Shown: piece after piece, positions 29,637-39,476 of the stretch
Numbering within the stretch: the stretch's first letter is position 1
Layout of the letters: each line of letters starts with the position of its first letter
Assembly: GCA_028277445.1 (NCBI GenBank)
Contig: JANQGG010000064.1
Coordinates: forward strand, 3,124-67,123
Length of the DNA: 64,000 nucleotides
Direction of reading: 5' to 3'
Source of the DNA: Chloroherpetonaceae bacterium
Lineage (GTDB): Bacteria > Bacteroidota > Chlorobiia > Chlorobiales > Chloroherpetonaceae
Translations under genes and position numbers: made by a program
The notes under the pieces: model-generated
What the model was told of the DNA's origin: nothing
The model's input: the letters and a program-made list of their open reading frames with translations, nothing else
Databases searched by the model: none

Positions 29637-31196
29637 TCAAACTTTCGGGGTTAAGGTTGCAATCGGAACCACCATTTCATCCAGTGAAATGCCCCCATGT
29701 TGGAAAGAATCGCGGTATTGATTGACGAACTTATGATAGTTTGTCGGATAAACAAAGTAGTAATCTTCTTTGGCAATGATGTAATGAATATTCAATGCAT
29801 GCTTGGGTAAGCGATAACGCTCAGGATTGCGGATCATAACGGCTTGCTTGGTCTCGCATTGAAGGTTTTTGCCGAACTTAAATCTTAGATTAGTTGAAGC
29901 TTCACGATCGCCGATGACTTTTGATGGGTGCATGCAACGAATACTGCCGTGATCGGTGGTAACAACAATTGTAACATCCTGTTTGGCGAGCGCTTTGAGC
30001 ATTTTAAAGAAATACGAATGCTCAAACCAGGTTTTGGTGAGCGAGCGAAAGGCATTTTCATCGGGTGAAAGCTCACGAATAACCTGAGAATCGAATCGGC
30101 TGTGCGCTAAAATATCCACGAAATTTATAACCACCGCATTAAGCTGATGATTAAGGTAAGACAGCACAGAATTTTCAAAATTTTTGCTTTCTTCGGTTGT
30201 TGTGAGCTTGCTGTATTTTATGCCATTTACCGAAAGACGCCGGCGTTTGAAAAAGTCCTTAAAGAATTCATCTTCATATTTGTTTTTGCTGTGCTCGCTT
30301 TTCTGACTTTCTGCCCATAATTTCGGATGGCGTTTTTCAATATCATCGGGAAAAAGTCCGCTGAAAATGGTGTTTCTGGCATAAGAAGTCGCCGTAGGCA
30401 AAATGCTGAAATATTGCTCATTATGAATTTGATAACAAGACTGAAGCATAGTTGCCATAATCAACCATTGATCGTAACGAAGGCAATCTACAACAAAGAA
30501 AAACACTTTTTTGCCATCCTTAAGATGCGGTACAACATGTTTATCCAGGATATCAACCGAGAGCGTTGGGCGCTCCTCAAATTCACTTTCGCACCAGGTT
30601 TCGTAATGCCGTTCAACATATTTGGAGAATTCGGCGTTGCAATCCCGTTTTTGGCCGGTCAGTGTTTCTCTTAAATCCAGGTTAGGGTGCTCATCCAATT
30701 CCAATTCCCATTTGGAAAGACGCGCATGGAGATCCATCCAGTCTTCAGGCTCCATAGGCATCATTAACTGTTGGGTGATTTTATTGAATTCGGAAATATA
30801 ATCTTTGGCGGTGCTATCGTCTTTCAGAGATTCGGAATCCAGGAGCTTTTTGCATGCCAGGACGATTTGGTTCGGATTAACCGGTTTGATCAAATAATCG
30901 GAAATTTTTTTCCCAATGGCCTGATCCATCAACGATTCCTCTTCATTTTTCGTGATCATGATAACTGGCGTAGAGGGTGAAGTGGCTTTGATTTCACTCA
31001 AGGCGCCAAGTCCGCCAATGCCCGGCATCTGTTCATCTAAAAAAATGATGTCGTAACTCTCTTTTTGTGATAATGCGATGGCATCTTCGCCATTGCTGGC
31101 TGTGGTGACATCAAAACCTTTATCGGTAAGAAAAATAATATGTGATTTGAGCATATCGATTTCATCATCGGCCCAAAGAATGCGGTATCGTTTCAT
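29637..31196 (-). CDS. Response regulator with C-terminal PglZ (alkaline-phosphatase-like) domain, PorX-like
   Basis: REC domain (ILWADDE...IFLDEQMPG...KP) followed by ~380 aa with VVDCLRYDQW and DHGS-type metal-site motifs. Length (519 aa) and architecture match PorX of P. gingivalis. Confidence 0.75.
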   Translation of the reverse strand: MKRYRILWADDEIDMLKSHIIFLTDKGFDVTTASNGEDAIALSQKESYDIIFLDEQMPGIGGLGALSEIKATSPSTPVIMITKNEEESLMDQAIGKKISDYLIKPVNPNQIVLACKKLLDSESLKDDSTAKDYISEFNKITQQLMMPMEPEDWMDLHARLSKWELELDEHPNLDLRETLTGQKRDCNAEFSKYVERHYETWCESEFEERPTLSVDILDKHVVPHLKDGKKVFFFVVDCLRYDQWLIMATMLQSCYQIHNEQYFSILPTATSYARNTIFSGLFPDDIEKRHPKLWAESQKSEHSKNKYEDEFFKDFFKRRRLSVNGIKYSKLTTTEESKNFENSVLSYLNHQLNAVVINFVDILAHSRFDSQVIRELSPDENAFRSLTKTWFEHSYFFKMLKALAKQDVTIVVTTDHGSIRCMHPSKVIGDREASTNLRFKFGKNLQCETKQAVMIRNPERYRLPKHALNIHYIIAKEDYYFVYPTNYHKFVNQYRDSFQHGGISLDEMVVPIATLTPKV

Positions 31197-31282
31197 GAAT
31201 CTAATGGAATCTGTTTTTGCTGGTTGTGGAGGTTATTACGGCATAAAATGTGTGAATGTTCCAAATGGGGGACATATGCATC

Positions 31283-32557
31283 TTATTTTAAAGAATTAAA
31301 CGCCATGCCGGTCATTACTTTGGGATAGAAGAACGTGGACTTTTGCGGCATCACATGCCCCGATTCCGATACGGAGGTAACTTCTTCTATTTTCGTGGGG
31401 TTCATGACAAATCCCAATTGAAATTTCCCGTTCCTAACCTCTTCAATAACTTCAGTCTGATCTTTGGAATATTTTAAATGCGTTTGATTGGCCTGATCTT
31501 CAACTGAAATGCCCAAAAGCTCCGTTAAGATAGTCTGATGAAGCAGCGTCACATCCAGGGATTTAATTTCCGGTGCAATGGTTTCCGGCAACACATGGTC
31601 TATGGAATTTTTGAGATGAATGCCTAAGATGCCTTCAGGGGTTACCAGGCCATAGGCAAAGTGGTTATGCTTAGAGAGAAACGGTTTTAATTCCGATTGA
31701 TGGTTTAATTGTTGAACATGGAAATGCTGCTGAAGCCTGGTTAAAAAATCAGCGTGATTAAAGTCGTTCAGGCCAAACACCAAACGATGGGTTGGGAAAA
31801 TGATTAATCCTTCATCGTGCATGTTGGCCAGCATCATCATAATATAATTGTAAGGCTCTTTGCCGGTGTGATTCGGGTTTTGAGCCTGCCGCTCACGGGC
31901 ATAGGTTAGCCCGGTTTCATATCGATGATGGCCATCGGCAATGTAAATGCGTTTGTCAGCTAGCGATTGGGAGATGGCTTCAACGAGCATGGGATCATCC
32001 AATTGCCACAGCTTGTTTTCAGACTGTTGATAATCCATCGCTGAAAAAAGCGGACGTGTTGAATCAATCGCATGGGAAATCAATTGATCGGCTTTTTTTT
32101 CGGGATCGGAAAATATCCCAAAAATGCAACTAAAATTTGCCTGGGTTTCCCTAAATAAGCTCAGACGATCCTTTTTAGGGCCGGATAGCGTTTTTTCATG
32201 AGGCACAACCACACCATCCGAAAACTCTTGCAATTTACACGCCACAATAAACCCTTTTCGGTTGTAGGACTTGCCTTCAGCTGTTTTAAACGTTTGATGG
32301 TACGGATAAATCGATGGTTGTGAATCCCGAATTAATATCCCGTTAGCTTGCCATGTGGAAAAACTCTCTGAAGCAGCCTGATAGGGATTTTCGTCATTGG
32401 GCAGTTCAAGCCGAACGGCATTGACATCGGATTTTTGATACAACGCATTTTGAAAATCTTTGGAAATAACATCGTAGGGCGGGCAGAGCACATCAGCCAT
32501 GTCATTTACACGCTCAGGGTTGTAGCGATATCCACAAAATCCGGTGATTGAAGCCAT
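31283..32557 (-). CDS. DUF1015 family protein
   Basis: GYRYNPERV...LCPPYDVIS at the N-terminus; YIADGHHRYETG. Confidence 0.75.
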   Translation of the reverse strand: MASITGFCGYRYNPERVNDMADVLCPPYDVISKDFQNALYQKSDVNAVRLELPNDENPYQAASESFSTWQANGILIRDSQPSIYPYHQTFKTAEGKSYNRKGFIVACKLQEFSDGVVVPHEKTLSGPKKDRLSLFRETQANFSCIFGIFSDPEKKADQLISHAIDSTRPLFSAMDYQQSENKLWQLDDPMLVEAISQSLADKRIYIADGHHRYETGLTYARERQAQNPNHTGKEPYNYIMMMLANMHDEGLIIFPTHRLVFGLNDFNHADFLTRLQQHFHVQQLNHQSELKPFLSKHNHFAYGLVTPEGILGIHLKNSIDHVLPETIAPEIKSLDVTLLHQTILTELLGISVEDQANQTHLKYSKDQTEVIEEVRNGKFQLGFVMNPTKIEEVTSVSESGHVMPQKSTFFYPKVMTGMAFNSLK

Positions 32558-32560
32558 AAT

Positions 32561-33286
32561 TTAAAGGAATTGTTTTTTTGAAATCCAAAAATCATTGTAG
32601 TCGTCTTTGGTGACAACAGAAATTTGCATGTTTTTGCAAAGTTCCAGTATTGCCAGAAATGTTACAACATAATAAATACTATCTTGATATTCCGATACCA
32701 ATTCTCTAAACGATACTTGAATTTTATGTTCAAGGCTTGAAAGTACATGATCGGATTGCTCGGAAATTGATATGGGAACCTGAGTGATTTGGTGAATTGT
32801 TTTTTTTGGCCGGTTTTCAATAACCTGTTTATAGGCATATATCAACTCAAATAAAGTTGGTTTTCGCAAGGGGTCATTGAATTCATCCAAAACAGGGGCG
32901 TCAATATCTTCTACAAAACCTCTCGGGTGCAAATGCCGCCGCCGCTCTTCCTGGTTTTGTAAATGTGCCGTCATCTCTTTAAAACGCTTATACTCCAGAA
33001 GCTTTTCAACCAATTCCATTCTTGGATCAAACTCTTCGTTTTGATCATCCTCACTACCCGATCTTGGCAGAAGCATTTTCACTTTAATGCTCATTAGTGT
33101 GGAGGCCATATAAATAAATTCGGATGCGATTTCAAGGTTGAGGGTATTTAATGTATCAAGATAGCCCATAAAGTCCTCAGTGATTTTGGAAATAGGGATA
33201 TCGGAGATGTTTAGCTCATCGCGCTTAATAAAGAAAAGCAATAGATCAAGAGGGCCTTCAAAATCAGTGAGTTGAATTCGATACAT
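32561..33286 (-). CDS. scpA: Segregation and condensation protein A
   Basis: FEGPLDLLLFFIKRDELNI signature. Confidence 0.85.
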   Translation of the reverse strand: MYRIQLTDFEGPLDLLLFFIKRDELNISDIPISKITEDFMGYLDTLNTLNLEIASEFIYMASTLMSIKVKMLLPRSGSEDDQNEEFDPRMELVEKLLEYKRFKEMTAHLQNQEERRRHLHPRGFVEDIDAPVLDEFNDPLRKPTLFELIYAYKQVIENRPKKTIHQITQVPISISEQSDHVLSSLEHKIQVSFRELVSEYQDSIYYVVTFLAILELCKNMQISVVTKDDYNDFWISKKQFL

Positions 33287-33325
33287 GAGCCGATGAATGT
33301 GTTAAACTTCGGTATCTAAAAAAGG

Positions 33326-34345
33326 CTATACGCCAAAAAATTTTTTCAGCCCTTTTAAGCGATCGCGAAGCCAGTTGCCTTTTTGAGAGGCTTGTTTTTC
33401 AATAATATCAGGGACAACTTGTTTGGCAACAAAATGGACATTCTTTAAAGGCTGGGTACGATAGGAGCGGGCACGCATCATAGCCGATTGAATGGTTTTA
33501 TCCAAATCTTCCACCGAGCAAGGTTTGACATGGTAACGATACACCTGGAATTCATTAATGGATTTAATCGCCAGCAATGCATCACGAACCTGGGTCAGTA
33601 AAATGATGACAATGTTGGGATATTCTTGCTTAATGGCATAAAGAAAGTCAATGCCATCTTCACTGTTTAGATTTAGATCGGTAACCATAACCGGCACTTC
33701 ATGCTTGGAGAGTTGCTCAAAGGCTTCATCAACGCTTGCGCATGGCAACACTTCATACTTCTTGTTAAAAACTTTAACCATCATGTTGAGCTGCTCTTTA
33801 TTAAACTCAACAATCAGCAATTTATCTTTTTGTCCCTGAAAATCGGGCATAGGCGTTTCCACCTGCTCGGTTTCGGCCTGGGTTTCCAATTCAATTTCCT
33901 GGGATTGATCGGTTGTTTCTGGAGATGAAGCCGGTTTTACCGGATACAATTGTGAAACTTTAGATGCAATTTGTGCAGCGGCGGCAACGGTTTCCCGAAG
34001 TTGTTCTACTTTCCACGGTTTGGTCAAATAACGAAACACCTCGCCAGAGTTCACCGAATTCATAATGGCATCTAAATCGGAATATCCGGTGAGTAAAATA
34101 CGAATTGTACTTGGGCTTATGGTTTTAATAATTCTTAAAACTTCATGACCCAGCATGCCCGGCATCCTTTGATCGCTTAAAACAACATGGATTGTATATT
34201 TCCGAATAATTTCTATGGCTTCCTTTCCATTGGTTGCCGTATAGACATTATATTGTTTTCTGAATGTTGCTGAAAGCGATTGTAAAACCAGGGGCTCGTC
34301 ATCAACGAGTAAGATGTTGATATCCGAGGTGATTTCGCCAGGCAT
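33326..34345 (-). CDS. Tandem-receiver response regulator (REC plus degenerate REC, no output domain)
   Basis: First REC: ILLVDDEP...LSDQRMPG...TKPW. Second: LLIVEFNK...VTDLNL...VKP, lacking the acidic pair. Confidence 0.8.
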   Translation of the reverse strand: MPGEITSDINILLVDDEPLVLQSLSATFRKQYNVYTATNGKEAIEIIRKYTIHVVLSDQRMPGMLGHEVLRIIKTISPSTIRILLTGYSDLDAIMNSVNSGEVFRYLTKPWKVEQLRETVAAAAQIASKVSQLYPVKPASSPETTDQSQEIELETQAETEQVETPMPDFQGQKDKLLIVEFNKEQLNMMVKVFNKKYEVLPCASVDEAFEQLSKHEVPVMVTDLNLNSEDGIDFLYAIKQEYPNIVIILLTQVRDALLAIKSINEFQVYRYHVKPCSVEDLDKTIQSAMMRARSYRTQPLKNVHFVAKQVVPDIIEKQASQKGNWLRDRLKGLKKFFGV

Positions 34346-34470
34346 GAACGCTCCTATTCGTTTAATGTTAATGTGGAAGCATTACTTCTCTGATGTATTA
34401 CCAGTGTGGATAAATTACAATAAAATAAAAGAATATCCTTAAAAATTAATGAGTTGCGTTTTCTCAGGAA

Positions 34471-36186
34471 TCAATTTATAACCGCTTCATCAGATACAAA
34501 GACGTTTGTTGTATCTTCTTTATCAAGCGAACGAAGTGGGATATAGATAAAAAAATCCGTACCTACTCCGATTTTGCTTTTTACACTGATTTTTCCGTTA
34601 TGAGCTTCTTCAATAATTTTTCTGGAAATAGATAACCCTAGTCCGGTACCTTGACCAACTGGTTTTGTCGTGAAAAACGGATCAAAAATTTTATCAAGTA
34701 TCTCTTGTGGAATCCCTTTACCGTCATCGGATATTTGTACCACAATTTGATCTTTTTCACACCATGTTTTAATGGTTAAATGGCCTTCCCCTTTTTCTTC
34801 GGTAGCATGAGCCGCATTGCTAAAAATATTTAAGAACACCTGATTAAGCTGAGCCGGAGCGCATACCGTATCGGGAATTTGAGCGTATTGCTTATGTACC
34901 GTTACATGTCGTTTCAACAAATGGTGCGCAATAATCAAAGTAGAATCCAGGCATTCATTAAGATTGGCCATCTGCTCGGCGGTTTGATCCAGGCGTGAAA
35001 AATTCTTTAGATTAACAATTAATTCCTGAATGCGATCTAATCCTTGCAATGAACTTTCAAGCATCGTTGAATTTTCTTCAAATAAACCCACTTGGTCAAT
35101 TTGCTTGATTTTTTGTATGGCTTCTGGAATTGATTTTTCAAGATTATCGTAATTGCCTTTTAACAGATGATCTAAAATCATCTTAATTTTTTTATGAGCC
35201 TCGTTGAATTCTTTTTCATTCTCATCGATGATTTCAACATTATTTCTTACAAATCCAAGAGGAGTATTCATTTCATGGGCCAAACCGGCAACCATTTGAC
35301 CTAATGAAGCCATTTTTTCGGATTGGATCAACTGGCTTTGCGACTCACGGATAATTTCATCCTGCTTACGTAAAGATATCGCCAACCGAACCGACATAGC
35401 AACAAATACAATGATGCTTAAGGCTAAGGCGCCAATTTGAATTAAGAGCAAATTATCGACTCGCCCAGCGGCTAGCGTACCTAGTGAAACAATAAAGCTT
35501 CGATTGTTGGATTGTATGCTTTGGTCTTTTGTAATGGCAAAATCTATGGCGTTGGAAAGCAAGTTTTCGTTAGGTAAGCCATTTGTTTTCTTATGAACAA
35601 ATTCATTGACGAGGTCTTTGGCAAATCGCCATATCACGGAAATGTTCTTTATATGTTTTTTGGACGCTTCATCATTTAATTGATCAATGCTAACGGTTTG
35701 TCCATCAATCTGGATCTCGCCGCCATTATTTAAAACCACTACGGTTTGGTCAAAAAACTGTATGGCTTCTTTATATGTGTTGAATGATGTAATAACCTGA
35801 TCAAGTTTCCAGGCAACCATATTCAGTTTCGCTGAAATTACCGAATCCTGATTTGAGTATCTTTTGGCTAACGCTTTAATAGTTTCAGGGTTATTTAGAC
35901 TATTGATTTCGGAATAGATGTCAGGATGAGAAAAGCCAATCTCTTCCTTTAAAACTGAATATTCAACCAATGAGGTTTGCGTTGAAAGGAGATTTCTGTA
36001 TGAAGTCTGCCAAAATTCCTGTTGCTTGGTTGCCAAATATATCTGGTTGGTAACTTGCTGACTACTCGTTGTAAGATTAATGTTTACGACAAAAACGGCT
36101 GCAACTAAAATCAAAAATAAAATCCCGTAAATGATCAGTTCCGAATACTTAGCAATGAGTTTTTCTTTTGACTTAGGCTTCGGCAT
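34471..36186 (-). CDS. Membrane sensor histidine kinase
   Basis: Two TM segments flank a ~210-aa extracytoplasmic region. H-box GLAHEMNTPLG. NAAHA, DDGKGI, GTGLGLS. Confidence 0.9.
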   Translation of the reverse strand: MPKPKSKEKLIAKYSELIIYGILFLILVAAVFVVNINLTTSSQQVTNQIYLATKQQEFWQTSYRNLLSTQTSLVEYSVLKEEIGFSHPDIYSEINSLNNPETIKALAKRYSNQDSVISAKLNMVAWKLDQVITSFNTYKEAIQFFDQTVVVLNNGGEIQIDGQTVSIDQLNDEASKKHIKNISVIWRFAKDLVNEFVHKKTNGLPNENLLSNAIDFAITKDQSIQSNNRSFIVSLGTLAAGRVDNLLLIQIGALALSIIVFVAMSVRLAISLRKQDEIIRESQSQLIQSEKMASLGQMVAGLAHEMNTPLGFVRNNVEIIDENEKEFNEAHKKIKMILDHLLKGNYDNLEKSIPEAIQKIKQIDQVGLFEENSTMLESSLQGLDRIQELIVNLKNFSRLDQTAEQMANLNECLDSTLIIAHHLLKRHVTVHKQYAQIPDTVCAPAQLNQVFLNIFSNAAHATEEKGEGHLTIKTWCEKDQIVVQISDDGKGIPQEILDKIFDPFFTTKPVGQGTGLGLSISRKIIEEAHNGKISVKSKIGVGTDFFIYIPLRSLDKEDTTNVFVSDEAVIN

Positions 36187-36272
36187 ACGACATCATCTTT
36201 TCTACTGTTAAAAAAACAAGGTTAGTTCGGGATAATATCGTTTTTGATTAAATATTTAAATAGAAACCCTGA

Positions 36273-37211
36273 TTATTTATCATAACTTAACAAATCCTTA
36301 ACAGCCTCTAGTACATCGTAATGTTTAAATTCAAACCCATGCTTTAAAAGCTCATTTGGTGCAACTCTCTGACCTTCGCCCACAACATCAGCCGCCTCGC
36401 CCAACATGGCTTGAAGCACAAATTTTGGTACAGGAAAAGCCGAGGGACGAAATAGCACTTTGCCCACAGCATCAGCAAATGTTTGCATTGTCACCGGATT
36501 TGGAGAAACGGCATTGATTGGGCCACGGATATTTTTATTGGTTAGCGGGTAAAAAAAGACTTCGGATTCGTCATCGATGTGTATCCATGAAACCCATTGT
36601 TGGCCCGATCCGATAGGACCGCCGAGAAAAAACTTAAACGGGAGAACCATTTTACCTAATGCGCCGCCTTTTGTGGAAAGTACAATTCCGGTTCTAATCA
36701 AAGCAACCCGTGTTCCGAACTCCTCGGCTTTTAGCGCTTCAGCCTCCCAATCCACACAAACCTCTGCTAAAAAATCATGACCTGCGGGAGAAGATTCATC
36801 CAGGATCGGGACATCGGGGCGTTGTTCTTGGGAGCCATAAAAACCGATAGCTGATGCTGAAATTAAAACCTCCGGTTTGTTCTTAAGTTTCTTGAGGGCG
36901 TTGACTAAATTACGCGTACCAATAATTCGGGAGTCGTAAATCAGTTTTTTGTGTTCCGACGACCACCGTTCTGCAACGGCAGCGCCAGCCAAATGAATGA
37001 CCGCATCTGATCCTTCCAAAATATCCTGAACGTCAGGGTTTTCCTCAGTGGCATTCCATGCATAATACCCTTGAGCGCCAGGGTGTGATTTTTGAGTTTC
37101 GTTAGGTCTTTTTGTCAAAACATAAACTTGGTAATCTCTTGATATCAAAAGATTGAACAAATGCGTGCCAATTAAACCGGTAGCGCCGGTCATAACGATT
37201 TTTTTGCCCAT
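36273..37211 (-). CDS. TIGR01777/YfcH-type NAD-dependent epimerase-family protein (SDR39U1-like)
   Basis: IVMTGATGLIG and C-terminal DUF1731-like PAFPVPKFVLQAMLGE. Confidence 0.8.
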   Translation of the reverse strand: MGKKIVMTGATGLIGTHLFNLLISRDYQVYVLTKRPNETQKSHPGAQGYYAWNATEENPDVQDILEGSDAVIHLAGAAVAERWSSEHKKLIYDSRIIGTRNLVNALKKLKNKPEVLISASAIGFYGSQEQRPDVPILDESSPAGHDFLAEVCVDWEAEALKAEEFGTRVALIRTGIVLSTKGGALGKMVLPFKFFLGGPIGSGQQWVSWIHIDDESEVFFYPLTNKNIRGPINAVSPNPVTMQTFADAVGKVLFRPSAFPVPKFVLQAMLGEAADVVGEGQRVAPNELLKHGFEFKHYDVLEAVKDLLSYDK

Positions 37212-37400
37212 GAGATCATTTTTTAGAAAATTATTTTACATCATACTAACGGTTCTGAAATGTGATTCGTTTGTTAAAAGCGTTATTAAGATTTATTTAA
37301 TTAAAAATAAAATTGTTAATTCGAGGTTTTAATATGGCGAGATTGTTTGGGAATTTTGACGTTATGACTTAATTGCATTTGCAAAAAACAGTAATCTCAT

Positions 37401-39308
37401 ATGACATGTATTAAGAAATTACCTGAAAATGTTGCTAATAAAATCTCAGCCGGGGAGGTTGTCCAGCGCCCGGCTTCAGTTGTAAAAGAATTAATTGAAA
37501 ACTCGATTGATGCCGGGGCCGATGAAATTACGGTTGTCATAAAAGATGCAGGCAAAGCGCTGATTCAGGTTACAGATAATGGCATTGGAATGTCTGAAGA
37601 TGATGCCCTTATGAGTTTTCATCGGTTTGCGACCAGTAAAATTAAGGATGTCGATGATTTGGAACATTTAACCACGTTGGGTTTTCGTGGAGAAGCGTTG
37701 GCAAGCATTTCAAGTGTGGCTCGGGTTGAGCTTAAAACCCGGCAACAGGAAGAGAAGCTTGGCGCTCTGGTGAAACTATCAGGCGGAATGTTAGAAACTG
37801 TTGATAAAGTGCAAACCAAAGTCGGGAGCAGTTTCAGCGTTCGTAATCTTTTTTACAATGTACCGGCACGCAGAAAGTTTTTAAAAACGAACACTACAGA
37901 ATTCAAACATATTTTTGAAACCGTTCAAGCGCAAGTTCTTTTAAATACGGATATCCGATGGAAGTTGATCAGCAACGACAATGAAGTTTTTCGAATAGGA
38001 TCCGAAACCATTGAGCAGCGAATGAATCTTTTTTTCGGTCAGTCATTTTCAGAAAGCGTTTTTAAAGTTGATGAAGAAAACGATTTTATGAAAATTCGTG
38101 GATTTCTTGGAAAACCTGCAATGATGAAACGTACAAAGAACGATCAGCTCTTGTTTATCAACAACCGGATTACACAAAATCGCATGGTGTCGCATGCTGT
38201 AATGCAAGCTTATGGCGAGTTGCTTGGCGAAAGAGAATATCCCTTTTTTTTAATCTATTTGGATATAGACCCCAAGTTTATAGATGTAAATGTTCATCCG
38301 TCGAAAATGGAAGTTAAATTCGAAGACGAACGAAATGTCCATAACATGATTCTGACGATTATTAAGCGAGCGGTTTCATCGATGGACTTTTCACCGAGAA
38401 TTAACTTAACTGAACGTCCCGAATATCTTCAAAAAACCGAGCAGACGGATTCTGGCAAATCGTCGTTTCCCGGTTTGCAAAAGCGAATGAATTATAATGA
38501 CCGGGATCAGGAACTCTTAAACAGAGATAATCTTTACAGGGATTTTAAAGAAAGGATATCAGCAGTAAAGCCACCACACACACCTTCCGAAGGTTTAAGC
38601 TTTGCAAATGATTTCATAAACGAAAACCAGTCCGAGGTTGAATCGCAATCTTCCACACAAATGGATTTTTCCAAGCCGGAGACTGAGCAAATGGAGATAT
38701 TAATACATTCTAAACCTGATGATCCTGAACGCTGCCAGGATGAACAGGCCGTCTGGCAACTCCATAACACATATATTTTGACACAAATAAAATCCGGCTT
38801 GATGATTATAGACCAGCATGTTGCCCATGAACGCATTTTGTATGAACGAGCCATCGAGGTGATTGAATCCGATGTCCCGAATTCACAGCAGCTGTTGTTT
38901 CCGCATGTTTTTCATTTAAAAGCTTGGGAAGAAGAAGTTCTTCATGAGGTCAAACCGGACCTTGAACGGTTAGGGTTTGTACTAAAAATTAAGCCTAACC
39001 AAAAAGTGATCATCGAAGCGGTTCCGCCGGAAGTTAAAACCGGGTATGAAGAGAAAATTCTTCACGATATGCTATCGCAGTATATGATTTATCAAAAAGA
39101 GCTCAATCTTGAAATTCGAGATAATATTGCAAAGTCTTACGCGTGCCGAAGTTCCATTATGGCCGGTCAAAAACTTTCAAAACCTGAAATGATTTCATTG
39201 ATCGACCGGTTATTTGCGACAAAAATGCCCTATGTTTGCCCTCATGGTCGGCCAATTATAATAAAGCTTTCTATTGGAGAGTTTGATAAAATGTTTGGCA
39301 GAACATAA
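37401..39308 (+). CDS. mutL: DNA mismatch repair protein MutL
   Basis: IKKLPENVANKISAGEVVQRPASVVKELIENSIDAGA; C-terminal CPHGRP. Confidence 0.93.
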   Translation: MTCIKKLPENVANKISAGEVVQRPASVVKELIENSIDAGADEITVVIKDAGKALIQVTDNGIGMSEDDALMSFHRFATSKIKDVDDLEHLTTLGFRGEALASISSVARVELKTRQQEEKLGALVKLSGGMLETVDKVQTKVGSSFSVRNLFYNVPARRKFLKTNTTEFKHIFETVQAQVLLNTDIRWKLISNDNEVFRIGSETIEQRMNLFFGQSFSESVFKVDEENDFMKIRGFLGKPAMMKRTKNDQLLFINNRITQNRMVSHAVMQAYGELLGEREYPFFLIYLDIDPKFIDVNVHPSKMEVKFEDERNVHNMILTIIKRAVSSMDFSPRINLTERPEYLQKTEQTDSGKSSFPGLQKRMNYNDRDQELLNRDNLYRDFKERISAVKPPHTPSEGLSFANDFINENQSEVESQSSTQMDFSKPETEQMEILIHSKPDDPERCQDEQAVWQLHNTYILTQIKSGLMIIDQHVAHERILYERAIEVIESDVPNSQQLLFPHVFHLKAWEEEVLHEVKPDLERLGFVLKIKPNQKVIIEAVPPEVKTGYEEKILHDMLSQYMIYQKELNLEIRDNIAKSYACRSSIMAGQKLSKPEMISLIDRLFATKMPYVCPHGRPIIIKLSIGEFDKMFGRT

Positions 39309-39374
39309 TTGGCAAGGGATTATTTTTTTTTTATAATTATTAAGTAATCAATTAACTCATGATTTTCTCTACTT

Positions 39375-39447
39375 GCCCTTGTAGCTCAGAGGATAGAGCA
39401 GCAGTTTCCTAAACTGCGTGCCGGCAGTTCGAGTCTGCCCAAGGGCA
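39375..39447 (+). tRNA. tRNA-Arg (anticodon CCT)
   Basis: Hand-folded cloverleaf: acceptor GCCCTTG/CAAGGGC; D arm GCTC-AGAGGATA-GAGC; anticodon arm GCAGT-TTCCTAA-ACTGC; T arm GGCAG-TTCGAGT-CTGCC; discriminator A. No encoded CCA. Confidence 0.85.
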
Positions 39448-39476
39448 CGATGGTATTTTTAACTATCATTTTCATT

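Noticed and set aside
29637-31196. PglZ domain as a marker of a BREX-type phage defence system.
   Set aside because: It is fused to a receiver domain (PorX architecture), and none of the other BREX components (PglX methyltransferase, BrxC ATPase, BrxA/B/L) is nearby.
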